Shown one piece after another: positions 35,826-45,734 of a DNA stretch of 64,000 nucleotides. The translations under genes were made by a program, and so were the position numbers. Numbering within the stretch: the first letter of the stretch is position 1; each line of letters begins with the position of its first letter. Where the stretch lies: NCBI GenBank assembly GCA_037130265.1, contig JBAXTI010000001.1, positions 32,418 to 96,417 of the forward strand, given 5' to 3'. Source of the stretch: a bacterium (GTDB lineage: Bacteria; Patescibacteriota; Minisyncoccia; Phycocordibacterales; JBBTRF01). Under the pieces are notes generated by a model. The model did no database searches. It saw only the letters and a program-made list of their open reading frames with translations, and was not told the DNA's origin.

Positions 35826-36893
35826 CTACTTCTGCTCCTCCAAGAAACGAAAGGCTTTTTCGTTGCCAAGTACCATTTCTACATATGCTCGAGCACGTTC
35901 AGCGTCGGCATCCTTGTGTTCTGCGAGAATTTTCTCAACTTCCGCCGTCACTTCTGCGTCACTTGGCAGGAGCTTTTCCTCACTGACAATACGATTGAGG
36001 GCAATCTGCAGGCTGACGCGCTTTTCGGCATCTTTTCGCCACTCTTTGCTGAGCTCTTCGCGGGTCTTTTTGATATGCTTCAAGTAATCTTCAATCTTGA
36101 GGCCCATGCGAGAGATGTTGTGCTCGAATTCGCCCCACATCTTTGCGAGTTCGCTTGAGACGAGTACTTCTGGAAGGTCAGCCGTCATTTCCGCGACGAT
36201 ATTTTCACCGATTTGGAGTCGCTTCTTCTCTTTTGCACGATACTCCTTCTCCTTGAGCATGTTTTCCTTCAGCTTTGTCTTGAACTCAGCAAGATTCTTG
36301 AAATCGCCAAGAGTCTGTATGAGTGCGTCATCAAGCGGGGCGAGAGGGGCGTCCGCCGTTGCCCCCTCCTTCTTCCCGTACGTCTTGTGAATTTCGTCGA
36401 TGGCACCGTCGAATTCCTTGTCGGTGATCTCGATCTTCTCCTCCTTTTTCATCTCGGTCTTTGCGATCTTCTTGTAGTCGGGCATCTTCACCTCGGGAAA
36501 GACGGCAACAGTGATCTTAAACTCAAGCGGTGCATCCTTCGCAATCTTGGTGAGCTCAATCTGCGGACGGCTGATCGCTTCGATCTTGTGGTCCACCACA
36601 ATGTGCATGTATTCGTGCGACAGCACACCCTCTGCAGCGTGCTCAAGCACGGCCATCTCACCCATTTTATTCAAAATAACATCCGCTGGTACATGACCCT
36701 TTCGGAATCCTGGCACAGAAGCCTGCTCAGAAAACGCCTTCAAAGATTCCTTGAATGCACGCTTCATCTCCGCAGCGCTAATCTCGCCAGTGATCTCTAC
36801 TTGAGAACCAACGACCTTCTTGGTCTTGATATTTGAATAGTGTCGCGGATGCTCCCCGTGGCTGTGGCCATGGGTGTGGGTGGTGTTGCTCAT
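35826..36893 (-). CDS. tig: trigger factor (short form) with His-rich N-terminal extension
   Basis: The GFRKGHVP signature of the trigger-factor ribosome-binding domain, plus a PPIase-like/C-terminal arm. The N-terminus reads MSNTTHTHGHSHGEHPRH. clpP lies downstream (conserved neighbourhood). Confidence 0.75.
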   Translation of the reverse strand: MSNTTHTHGHSHGEHPRHYSNIKTKKVVGSQVEITGEISAAEMKRAFKESLKAFSEQASVPGFRKGHVPADVILNKMGEMAVLEHAAEGVLSHEYMHIVVDHKIEAISRPQIELTKIAKDAPLEFKITVAVFPEVKMPDYKKIAKTEMKKEEKIEITDKEFDGAIDEIHKTYGKKEGATADAPLAPLDDALIQTLGDFKNLAEFKTKLKENMLKEKEYRAKEKKRLQIGENIVAEMTADLPEVLVSSELAKMWGEFEHNISRMGLKIEDYLKHIKKTREELSKEWRKDAEKRVSLQIALNRIVSEEKLLPSDAEVTAEVEKILAEHKDADAERARAYVEMVLGNEKAFRFLEEQK

Positions 36894-36950
36894 TGAAAAA
36901 AGTAAATATAGTAAATTCCGACTGCTGTTTCGCGACTGTTCTGTCGTCGC

Positions 36951-37595
36951 TTATCTGCTCTCCTTGCGAACCTTCATTGCGAAGTCGCGAACCTTGGTCT
37001 TCGCTGTCGCTACTGACTGGCTGGCAGTACGGACGCTCTCATCCGCAGCCTTTAGGGTGATTCGGATGTCTTCGTTGGTAGACTGTTCGTCCTCAGCGAT
37101 TGTCACCATGGCCGATGCAGCGAGTTTGATATCGTACCCAGCTACTGCCAATTTGTCCTGAGCGAGGTCAGTAAACACCTTTACCTTCGAAGTGTCAAAG
37201 CCTCGTGCGGTAAAGTCGTCTACCTGCTTGCTGAGCTGGCCCACCACATTACTTAGATCGTCGTGTTTATCGTTGAGTCGATTGAGGACGTTCTGGCCGT
37301 GGCGGATGTTTTTGAGAGGATCCTCATCTGACTCTGGTGTTGTAGCTGCAGGTGTCGGAGCCACAAATACACTTTGAGCAGGGGTTGGGGCCGGAGAAAG
37401 GCTATTTTTGAACTGAGTGAACCATGAAGAAAATCCTTCAAACATGGCCAATTGTGGTCGAAAAGCCTGATTTTGAGCCGTCGTAGCAGATGCCGAGGCT
37501 GTCTGCGCAAAAACAGGGCTTGCGGAAAGGAGAAGGGTGAGCGCAATTCCGGCGGTAACTACTTTTGCGGCAGTTATTGTTGGTTTTGTGTTCAT
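36951..37595 (-). CDS. hypothetical secreted protein
   Basis: 214 aa with a signal peptide and a helical acidic C-terminal region. Confidence 0.5.
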   Translation of the reverse strand: MNTKPTITAAKVVTAGIALTLLLSASPVFAQTASASATTAQNQAFRPQLAMFEGFSSWFTQFKNSLSPAPTPAQSVFVAPTPAATTPESDEDPLKNIRHGQNVLNRLNDKHDDLSNVVGQLSKQVDDFTARGFDTSKVKVFTDLAQDKLAVAGYDIKLAASAMVTIAEDEQSTNEDIRITLKAADESVRTASQSVATAKTKVRDFAMKVRKESR

Positions 37596-37671
37596 GTGGG
37601 TAGGCAGATACTATAGCATATTTGTGCAATAAAATCGAGCTTTTGGAGGGGTTTTGCGACTAAAATGTAAG

Positions 37672-37695
37672 AAAAAAGCCCTAAACAGGGCCGTT
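37672..37695 (-). terminator. rho-independent terminator downstream of ppa
   Basis: The minus strand reads GGCCCTGTTTAGGGCTTTTTTC. Confidence 0.5.
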
Positions 37696-37764
37696 TTCGT
37701 CAAAAGTACAATTTTGGACAAAAGGGGGATAAGTGAGATAGACGACACTATGTCGTCCTGCGCA

Positions 37765-38310
37765 CTATTTCGTACCTTTCGGGGCGCCAAACTTGGCGTT
37801 GTAGATCTCAATGCCTCGAGCAAATGCCTTCTCGGCATCGCTTCGGCCCTTGAAACCGAGAACTTTCACCTCTTTCTTCTGAATCTGCTTGTAGGTTGAG
37901 TAGAAATGCTCGATTTCTTTGAGGGTGTGAGGGTTAACATCCTGCAAATCCTTCACATTGGCCCATCGAGGGTCATCTACTGGCACTGCGATAAGCTTCG
38001 CGTCTGAATCGCCGCTGTCAATCATCTCCATCACGGCTACCGGTCGCACACGGACCAGAAGCCCAGGGAACAATGGGTAGGTGGTGAGGACGATCACGTC
38101 GAGCGCGTCGCCATCTTCCCAGAGGGTGCGAGGGACGAAGCCGTAGTCGAAGGGGAAGTCTTGTGCAGTATGAGACACTCGGTCGAGGGCGATAAGGCCG
38201 GTCGATTTGTCGATTTCGTACTTATTCTTTGAACCACGGTTTATCTCGACGATTGTATTGATCGACTCGATGCTGCCTGGTTCGATGTCATGCCACAAAT
38301 TCATGCTCAT
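37765..38310 (-). CDS. ppa: inorganic pyrophosphatase
   Basis: Family I PPase motifs (DGDALDVIV, EMIDSGDSDAKLIAV). Confidence 0.9.
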   Translation of the reverse strand: MSMNLWHDIEPGSIESINTIVEINRGSKNKYEIDKSTGLIALDRVSHTAQDFPFDYGFVPRTLWEDGDALDVIVLTTYPLFPGLLVRVRPVAVMEMIDSGDSDAKLIAVPVDDPRWANVKDLQDVNPHTLKEIEHFYSTYKQIQKKEVKVLGFKGRSDAEKAFARGIEIYNAKFGAPKGTK

Positions 38311-38375
38311 GGGTTTGTGATTATTATTTTGAATAATTGCGCGCGGGCCAATCGCCCTTGCACTGCTCGCTTCGA

Positions 38376-39551
38376 TTACTTCTCCTCCGCTACCGCTTCG
38401 CTCTCTGCTCCCTCCGCTACCTTCGCTGGTCCATCAGACTGAATGTCGATCTTCCAACCAGTGAGCTTTGCGGCGAGTCGAACATTCTGTCCGCCTTTGC
38501 CGATCGCCAAAGACTGCTGATCCTCCGCCACCTTCACGGTCGCCTTGGTATCTCGTTCATCAAGAGAGACACTCACCACCTTCGCAGGAGAGAGGGCGTC
38601 CTCGATGAACTTCTTTGGTTCAGCTGACCACTCAATAATATCAATTTTCTCACCGCCGAGCTCGCTAGATACAGTGTTCACACGCACACCTCGCTGGCCA
38701 ACCATAGAGCCGATAGGGTCGATGTGGCTGTCGTGAGAGGTGACCGCAACCTTTGAACGAGATCCGGCTTCACGGGCAATCGCCTTGATTTCTACAGTGC
38801 CAGAAGCGATTTCAGGTGCTTCCACCGCAAACAACTTCTCGAGAAACTTTGGATGCGCTCGAGACATTCGCAAAAAGACACCCTTTGCGCCGTCTTCTAC
38901 CGAGGCGAGGTAGCCTCGCACACGCTCTCCCTGCTTGTATCGCTCTCCCGGAATCTGCTCTTCGTATGGCAAGATTGCCACCGTTCGTCCCAAATCAACA
39001 AAGATATTTCCGCGTTCAATACGCTGTACGGTGCCGGAGATCACTTCTCCCTGGCGCTTGCCGTATTCTCGGAGTACAGACTCCTTTTCTGCTTCGCGGA
39101 TCTTCTGGATGATCACTTGCTTTGCTGTTTGTGCAGCAATGCGTCCGTAATCGTCCTTTGCATCGAGAGGGAAGACCACTTCGTCATCGAGGGCGACGCC
39201 TTTACGCATCTTCTGTGCGTCTTCGATCATGATGTGATGCTCCGGGTTGAATCGGGCACGCTCATCCACCACGCCGTCGGTGGTCTCGTCGATGTCTGCG
39301 GCATTTTCGGTCGTCGCAGGATCTTCAATGATGACACGAGAGTCGTCCACTACCACCTTCACCTGAGAGAACTCAGTTTTGCCGGTGTTGAGGTCGAATT
39401 TCGCTCGGACGATTTGACCTTTCTTGCCGTACTCTTTTTTGTACGCAGTCGCGAGAGCCATTTCAATGGCCTCGATGATCTTTTCCTTTGGAATACCGCG
39501 CTCCTCTTCGAGCTGCGCGAGGACCGAGTTGATTACTTTTAAGTCGAACAT
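38376..39551 (-). CDS. nusA: transcription termination/antitermination factor NusA
   Basis: An S1 domain plus two KH domains. MFDLKVINSVLAQLEEERGIPKEKIIEAIE is the canonical NusA N-terminus. Start taken at the internal ATG (39551). Confidence 0.85.
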   Translation of the reverse strand: MFDLKVINSVLAQLEEERGIPKEKIIEAIEMALATAYKKEYGKKGQIVRAKFDLNTGKTEFSQVKVVVDDSRVIIEDPATTENAADIDETTDGVVDERARFNPEHHIMIEDAQKMRKGVALDDEVVFPLDAKDDYGRIAAQTAKQVIIQKIREAEKESVLREYGKRQGEVISGTVQRIERGNIFVDLGRTVAILPYEEQIPGERYKQGERVRGYLASVEDGAKGVFLRMSRAHPKFLEKLFAVEAPEIASGTVEIKAIAREAGSRSKVAVTSHDSHIDPIGSMVGQRGVRVNTVSSELGGEKIDIIEWSAEPKKFIEDALSPAKVVSVSLDERDTKATVKVAEDQQSLAIGKGGQNVRLAAKLTGWKIDIQSDGPAKVAEGAESEAVAEEK

Positions 39552-39747
39552 ATCTTTGTTGTTGGGCGAATAATGTTGCGGACGAGCCGATGTCTTGCCG
39601 GCGTTGTCCACGCTTTTAAAAAATAAAGCCCGCCGGGAGGCGAACTTGGACCTACATACTATAGCGGAAATGGGGAGGGACGTCAACAGAGTGTCGATGG
39701 GGATGAAAAAAGCCGAGCCACCTAGTGGCGCGGCTCTGATGTGCGAG

Positions 39748-40266
39748 TCACTCTTTCGTGATCAATTCGTCCATTAAATGTGGCGGGAGTAGAAGTTGGC
39801 CCACATGAGGCCAGGAAGCGACGATTTTGATGTTGCCAAGCTTGCTCTCCCACTTAGCCATGTCGCCGCTGTCGGGATTGAAAAGAAGGCGATTGGGGAC
39901 GAATGGAAGGTGATACATCACTTCGGGCCGGTCGTCGATCATGTGAGTGGCACCGAGCCGCTGGCAGATCGGTGCTTGCCCCTCGCGTTCGCGGCAGAAG
40001 TGCACATTTTCACGGCGCAGGTCGGTGAGCTTGTAGATACCGTTTTCGCTGAACCAATCCTTTGTCCGCTTCTCTTGGTCGGCGTCGACCCTGGAGACAA
40101 GATGGACATTTTCCGGCCCGAAAATGCCGTGGATGAGGAACCGGACCACGATGGCTGCGCTAGGTTGGATGTAGGGAATGCCGCCGTGTTTCACCATGAA
40201 GGTGTTGCCGAGGTCGATGCAGAGCACTCCTGGATCGGGCGCTGGGGACGGTACGATGACATTCAT
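39748..40266 (-). CDS. hypothetical protein
   Basis: 172 aa ORF with an ATG start. No secure domain call. Confidence 0.45.
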   Translation of the reverse strand: MNVIVPSPAPDPGVLCIDLGNTFMVKHGGIPYIQPSAAIVVRFLIHGIFGPENVHLVSRVDADQEKRTKDWFSENGIYKLTDLRRENVHFCREREGQAPICQRLGATHMIDDRPEVMYHLPFVPNRLLFNPDSGDMAKWESKLGNIKIVASWPHVGQLLLPPHLMDELITKE

Positions 40267-40394
40267 AGGTTTTTAGGAGGACTAACTAAGTATTTTTTAA
40301 CACATCAAAGTTTAAAAGTCGACAAGGTGAGGGGTCTGTGTATAAGATCGCTTGTGCTAAGGCAGGTCAGTGTTACAATACTATGTAAGCGTAA

Positions 40395-40430
40395 ACGAGA
40401 GCTGCGGTCATTTTTGACCGCAGCTCTCGT
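40395..40430. promoter_or_regulatory. perfect 16 bp stem / 4 nt loop hairpin in a divergent intergenic region
   Basis: ACGAGAGCTGCGGTCA-TTTT-TGACCGCAGCTCTCGT. Lies downstream of an extended -10 (TGTTACAAT, ~40370). Confidence 0.4.
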
Positions 40431-40483
40431 ACTTTATGCGCTGAATTATTTATTCGTCAATTATTATGTATCATTCCCACCCC

Positions 40484-42622
40484 ATGTCATCACTCTTCAG
40501 CAAAAAAATCCTCAGCTTTTTTATGGCAGCAGCAATGCTTCCGTTTTTTGCTCATGGGACGACGACTATATTGGCCAATGCATACTATGCGACAGGTGTT
40601 CAGCCTCATGCTGATGCAAGTATTTCTCAGATTGCATCGGCACAGGCTGCGGCTGTCTCATCTTCTCTCGCAGTTTGCCCAATCGGGACCATGCCTACAG
40701 GCTCTGCAGTCGTCACTTCGACGAATGAAGATTTCGCCGGCGTGTGGGGTGTGTTTGCTCCGGGTCGCGGCAATGTAAACGCTGCATCCAAAGGAGGCTC
40801 GAATGATTGGGGGATCACTCTCAGTGTTATTGCGCCGGGCACAAAAAATGTTAGCGCCGTGCGCCTCGACCATAGTTATGGCAATGAACGTTGGTCGACC
40901 AATAATCCGAGCGAATACCCACTTGTTGTGTACGAGGCTGACAAAAAGTTGGTGAATAAGAGCGCTGACACGTTCCTTCTTTGGGCAGGAACCCACACGT
41001 TTAAGATCTATGCTCAGTCCGAAAGTCAAAGTTTTGCCGGAGCGAAATTGACATTCATTTTTGATGACAATTCCACAGTGGCGTTTGATGTACCAGCTGT
41101 CCCAGTTGCTCCAGTTAAGCCTGTTGTGGAAATAAGCGTCGCTTCTTCCTCATCACGAACGGTGACTGGGGGCAGTGTCCAGGCGTTGATTTCTTCATAC
41201 ACAGTAGACACCTCAAAGTCGACATCGCCAGAAGGTGTTCGAATGAGTAATCTCGCTATAAACTACAAAACAAATTCAATTGCTCGGCCGAGTGACCTCA
41301 CAAGTTGTGGTCTCTATGACGGCAGTGTTGCTCTCAATAACGGTGCAAATATTCTCAATCCTATAAGCGCAAACGGTGCTTCCACGACAATCTCATTTAA
41401 TCAACCCATCGTGATTCCACGCGGTGTCATTAAGACATTTGCACTTAAATGTAATGTATCATCGAGTGCGCAAGCTGGCGCTACCTATGCATTCGATTTG
41501 GCGAGTCCCGCAACCACAGGTCTCACCAGTGTAACTTCTTCACAGAACGTGTTTCCTGCTCAGCCAAATAACACCAGCCAGCCTGTGGCTGTTGGCGTAA
41601 CCACCCTCTCTGTCTCATCCGATGCTTCAGCCCCAGCACTTAAGAATGTCTCAGCTGGTTCTGCTGGTGTAGTCCTCAATGCTTTGAAGGTTTCAGCTGT
41701 CGGTGAAGCTATTCGCCTCGACAGAATCGGACTAAAGCTCACATCCGGCAACTCAGGCAACCTCTCTGCTGTGACTATTTGGGACGGCGCCACTCAGGTG
41801 GGGCAAATGATGTTTGTTGGTTCCAATACCACAGGTACAACATCTCTATCCACCCCTGTGATTATTCCTAAAAATAGCGACAAGGTTCTTGTTGTGAAGG
41901 CGGATATTTCATCTGTTCTCGTTCCTGCAAACACAAGTGATTTGGTGCGAGTGGATTACAACGGTGCCGATGGTGCCCGTGGTGTCGGTGTAGATTCTGG
42001 CGTAACTCTCTACACTATCGGAACATTTACGAATTCCACAGGAATTCGCGTGTTTCAGTCGTTGCCTTCGGTGACTATTGATTCACTTAGTTCATCAGGT
42101 GTTTCAGATGGCAAGTTGCTGCGATTTAAGGTCACCGCAAGTGCAGGTGGTCCAATCAGCTTGGCCAAGGTCGGCCTTGTCGTAAGCGCTACTTCAGGTG
42201 TCACGGTCTATGGCATGAATATCTACGGATATCAGGATGCGTCCTACACTCAGCCTGTTTCCACAGCATCGGGCAATGGAGCTCTCGCACTCAGCACTAC
42301 TACGGTGAGTGGCAGTAGTCCTGTGAGCGTCATTGTCGCTGCGACCGGCACATCAACGGCGCTACTTATTCCGGCGGGAACTACCCGATACTTTGAGGTG
42401 CGTGCACTCGCTATTCTTGGTATAACAACCGGATCTTCGATAACGACCACTTTGGTAGGTGATTCCACCTATACCGTAGGTTTGAGCAGCGGAGCTTTTG
42501 TATGGTCACCATTCGGACGTGTCTCACAGGTACCTCTCAATGCAAATGATTGGGTGAACGGCGTCGGTGTCGTCGTTGGTCAAAATGGCAGCAATCAATT
42601 GGTTCAGATGAGGGCAATGTAA
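40484..42622 (+). CDS. large secreted S/T-rich beta-type protein (possible pilus-associated or surface adhesin)
   Basis: Signal peptide (MSSLFSKKILSFFMAAAMLPFFAHG). ~700 aa of repetitive S/T/G/V-rich sequence. Immediately upstream of pilB-pilC. Confidence 0.55.
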   Translation: MSSLFSKKILSFFMAAAMLPFFAHGTTTILANAYYATGVQPHADASISQIASAQAAAVSSSLAVCPIGTMPTGSAVVTSTNEDFAGVWGVFAPGRGNVNAASKGGSNDWGITLSVIAPGTKNVSAVRLDHSYGNERWSTNNPSEYPLVVYEADKKLVNKSADTFLLWAGTHTFKIYAQSESQSFAGAKLTFIFDDNSTVAFDVPAVPVAPVKPVVEISVASSSSRTVTGGSVQALISSYTVDTSKSTSPEGVRMSNLAINYKTNSIARPSDLTSCGLYDGSVALNNGANILNPISANGASTTISFNQPIVIPRGVIKTFALKCNVSSSAQAGATYAFDLASPATTGLTSVTSSQNVFPAQPNNTSQPVAVGVTTLSVSSDASAPALKNVSAGSAGVVLNALKVSAVGEAIRLDRIGLKLTSGNSGNLSAVTIWDGATQVGQMMFVGSNTTGTTSLSTPVIIPKNSDKVLVVKADISSVLVPANTSDLVRVDYNGADGARGVGVDSGVTLYTIGTFTNSTGIRVFQSLPSVTIDSLSSSGVSDGKLLRFKVTASAGGPISLAKVGLVVSATSGVTVYGMNIYGYQDASYTQPVSTASGNGALALSTTTVSGSSPVSVIVAATGTSTALLIPAGTTRYFEVRALAILGITTGSSITTTLVGDSTYTVGLSSGAFVWSPFGRVSQVPLNANDWVNGVGVVVGQNGSNQLVQMRAM

Positions 42623-42648
42623 AGATACTGGTAAAAACAAGACAAAAC

Positions 42649-42677
42649 AAAAAACCCGGGCATGCCCGGGTTTTTTG
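42649..42677. terminator. rho-independent terminator
   Basis: AAAAAACCCGGGCATGCCCGGGTTTTTTG. Confidence 0.6.
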
Positions 42678-42731
42678 TTTTCACACAACAGTGGATACTC
42701 CACCGTTCTGTTGGTGATATAATACACAGCA

Positions 42732-44486
42732 ATGTTCATCGAACCGAAACAGCTGAAGGAGCTCATTCTCGACTCCGGATTGGTGTCTAAGAAGGATTTC
42801 GAGGTGGCTGAGACCGAGGGTGCTGAGAAAGGCGTCGGTGTCGGACAGCTTTTGGTGACTGCTGGAAAGCTTTCAGAAGACGACCTGCGTCGTATGCAGG
42901 CATATGTGCTCGGTATTCCGTTTGTGGACCTAAAGGGACAGAAGATTGATTTTGATGTGTTGTCGATGATTCCTGAGCCAATCGCACGCAATCACAATGT
43001 GATCGCGTTCAATAAGAGCGAGGAATCTCTTGAGGTGGCAATGACCGACATCGATGACCTCGCGGCTATCGATTTCATTAAAAAGAAGACGAAGTTGAAG
43101 ATTTTGGCGCGTCTCACTGATGCCGATTCCATAAAGTCAGGTGTTTTGCAGTACCAGAAGAGTCTCAAGGCGGAATTCGGCGATATTATTCAGAAAGACA
43201 CCGCAAGTCTGAAGACTTTGGCTGACCAAGTGGGTGGAGATGCTGCTTCTGAGGGTGATTTGAAGAAAATGGCGGAGGAATTGCCGGTGATTCGTATCGT
43301 AGAGACCCTTTTGAAGCACGCGATCCTACAAAATGCGTCCGATATCCATATTGAACCGATGGAAGAGCAGATGCTGGTGCGATATCGTATCGACGGCATG
43401 CTCCACGATGCCATGGTATTGCCCAAAAACGCTATTAGCAGCGTGACCGCACGTCTCAAGGTGCTTGCCAACCTCAAGCTCGACGAGAAGCGTCTGCCGC
43501 AAGACGGCCGTTTCAAGGTGGATGTCAACAACGAGCGGGTTTCCTTCCGTGTTTCGATGCTTCCGACATATTACGGTGAAAAAACGGTAATGCGACTCCT
43601 CCGCGAGAGCGTTTCAGGCTTCACCCTCGAGGGAATGGGCTTCCATGGTCGTGGCTTGGAGTTTGTGCATCAGGCGCTCAAGCAGACTACCGGCATGATC
43701 CTCACTTCTGGTCCTACAGGCTCCGGAAAGACCACCACGCTCTACACAATGCTTGATATTGTGAATACGGCGGATGTGAATATTTCGACTATTGAAGATC
43801 CGATTGAATACCAGATGAAGCGTATCAATCAGACTCAGGTGCGTCCGGAAATTGGCTTCACTTTTTCGAGCGGTCTGCGTACCTTGGTGCGACAAGACCC
43901 GGATATCATCATGGTCGGTGAAATTCGCGACAATGAGACGGCATCTCTGGCGATCAATGCTTCGCTCACCGGACACTTGGTGCTTTCAACGCTCCACACC
44001 AACAGTGCGGCTGGTGCGATCCCTCGATTGCTTGATATGAAGGTTGAACCGTTTCTCGTGGTGTCGACGGTAAATGTCATTATCGGCCAACGTCTCATCC
44101 GCAAGCTCACCGAGAGCAAGGAGAAATACCTTTTGACGAAGGCTCAGCTTGAGTCTCTTGGCAAGAAAGTGGATCTCGACCATGTTCTTGCTCTGTTGAA
44201 GGAAGAAAAGATTATTGACCAGGCAGCTACATGGGAAAAGATTCCGTTCTACAAGCCAAAAGCCTCGAAGGATTCCGAAGATGGTTTCCATGGTCGTCTC
44301 GGTATTCATGAAGTGTTGAAAGTGACCAATACGATTCGTGAATTGGTGATGCAGGAGAAAAGTGCGTCGGAAATCGAGGCACAGGCTCGCAAGGAAGGGA
44401 TGATGACAATGCTCGAGGATGGTATTTTCAAAGCGGTAGAGGGCAGGACAACGATCGAGGAAGTGCTTCGAGTGATTTCCGAGTAG
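42732..44486 (+). CDS. pilB: type IV pilus assembly ATPase PilB (GspE family)
   Basis: N-terminal GspII_E domain, Walker A GPTGSGKTTT, Asp/His boxes. 584 aa. Confidence 0.9.
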   Translation: MFIEPKQLKELILDSGLVSKKDFEVAETEGAEKGVGVGQLLVTAGKLSEDDLRRMQAYVLGIPFVDLKGQKIDFDVLSMIPEPIARNHNVIAFNKSEESLEVAMTDIDDLAAIDFIKKKTKLKILARLTDADSIKSGVLQYQKSLKAEFGDIIQKDTASLKTLADQVGGDAASEGDLKKMAEELPVIRIVETLLKHAILQNASDIHIEPMEEQMLVRYRIDGMLHDAMVLPKNAISSVTARLKVLANLKLDEKRLPQDGRFKVDVNNERVSFRVSMLPTYYGEKTVMRLLRESVSGFTLEGMGFHGRGLEFVHQALKQTTGMILTSGPTGSGKTTTLYTMLDIVNTADVNISTIEDPIEYQMKRINQTQVRPEIGFTFSSGLRTLVRQDPDIIMVGEIRDNETASLAINASLTGHLVLSTLHTNSAAGAIPRLLDMKVEPFLVVSTVNVIIGQRLIRKLTESKEKYLLTKAQLESLGKKVDLDHVLALLKEEKIIDQAATWEKIPFYKPKASKDSEDGFHGRLGIHEVLKVTNTIRELVMQEKSASEIEAQARKEGMMTMLEDGIFKAVEGRTTIEEVLRVISE

Positions 44487-44516
44487 ATATGGAGGGAGCT
44501 TCGGCCAAAAAATATC

Positions 44517-45734
44517 ATGCCACTATTTTCATACAAAGCAGTCGATCCAAATGGCGTTTCCAGAGAGGGAACGGCTGATGCTGCGGATCGCTTTGCAGTG
44601 GCCCGTGAGCTGAAAGAGAAGGGGCTCATGCTCGTGAGTGCCGAGGAGACTCTCGAGAAGCATTCTGTGCTCGATGAGAAAATTCGTCAGCTTTTTGGTC
44701 GCATTAGCATGCGCGAGAAGATAATGTTTGCCCGTAATACGAGCGCGATGCTCGAGGCGGGCCTCACTTTGTCTCGCATCCTCTCTGTAATCGAGCGTCA
44801 ATCGAGAAATCAGAAATTCAAAGAGGTCGTATCGACGATCAACAATGAGATTCGCGGCGGCAAGACGCTGAACGAGGCCATGGTGGGCTTTCCGAAGGTA
44901 TTTTCGCCACTTTTCGTCTCCATGGTCCGCTCCGGCGAGGAATCGGGTAATCTTTCTGGTGCACTAAAGACTTTGAGTGGGCAGATGGAGAAGAGCTATT
45001 TGCTCCAGAAGCGCTTGCGGGGCGCACTTATCTATCCAGTGATCGTGATGTGTCTGATTGCTGTTATCGGTGTGCTTATGTTTATCTATGTAGTGCCGAC
45101 TCTTACGAACACATTCAAAGAGTTGCATGTGAAATTGCCATGGAGCACGCAACTCATCGTTTCGACGAGTGATTTTCTTCGATACCATACGATCGCTTTC
45201 ATTTTGGCCGTTGCCGCAGTTATTTTTGGCATCATTTTCTTCAAGCGCAGCGCTTTTGGTGGTAAGCTTATCGACAAAGTCATGCTCCGCCTACCGATTG
45301 TTGGTGTCTTGGTGAAAGAGTCCAATTCGGCTCGTACGGCCCGCACCTTATCTTCATTGCTTTCAGCCGGTGTGTCCTTTTTGGCAGCCATGGAGATCAC
45401 TCGTGATGTTGTGCAAAATATTTTTTACAAAGAAGTACTTGAAAAGGCGCGGCTGAATGTGCAGAAAGGCGACCCGATTTCAAGTGTGTTCATCGAAAAT
45501 GAGCATTTGTATCCGGCTTTTGTCGGCGAAATGACCAGTGTGGGCGAGGAAACAGGCCAATTGGCCGAAATGATGCTCGGTATTGCGACTTTTTATGAAG
45601 GAGAAGTGGAACAGAAGACGAAAGACATGTCCACAATCATTGAGCCGTTGCTCATGGTACTTATCGGTTCCGCAGTAGGATTCTTTGCCGTCTCCATGAT
45701 TAGTCCGACGTATTCACTTCTCGACAATATCTAG
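44517..45734 (+). CDS. pilC: type IV pilus inner-membrane platform protein PilC (GspF family)
   Basis: Two T2SSF repeats and three TM helices. 405 aa. Confidence 0.85.
   Translation: MPLFSYKAVDPNGVSREGTADAADRFAVARELKEKGLMLVSAEETLEKHSVLDEKIRQLFGRISMREKIMFARNTSAMLEAGLTLSRILSVIERQSRNQKFKEVVSTINNEIRGGKTLNEAMVGFPKVFSPLFVSMVRSGEESGNLSGALKTLSGQMEKSYLLQKRLRGALIYPVIVMCLIAVIGVLMFIYVVPTLTNTFKELHVKLPWSTQLIVSTSDFLRYHTIAFILAVAAVIFGIIFFKRSAFGGKLIDKVMLRLPIVGVLVKESNSARTARTLSSLLSAGVSFLAAMEITRDVVQNIFYKEVLEKARLNVQKGDPISSVFIENEHLYPAFVGEMTSVGEETGQLAEMMLGIATFYEGEVEQKTKDMSTIIEPLLMVLIGSAVGFFAVSMISPTYSLLDNI

Noticed and set aside
39552-39747. Possible rimP-like gene upstream of nusA
   Set aside because: The in-frame upstream extension (MTSLPISAIVCRSKFASRR...) has no RimP features. 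The region is more likely the nusA 5'UTR or promoter.
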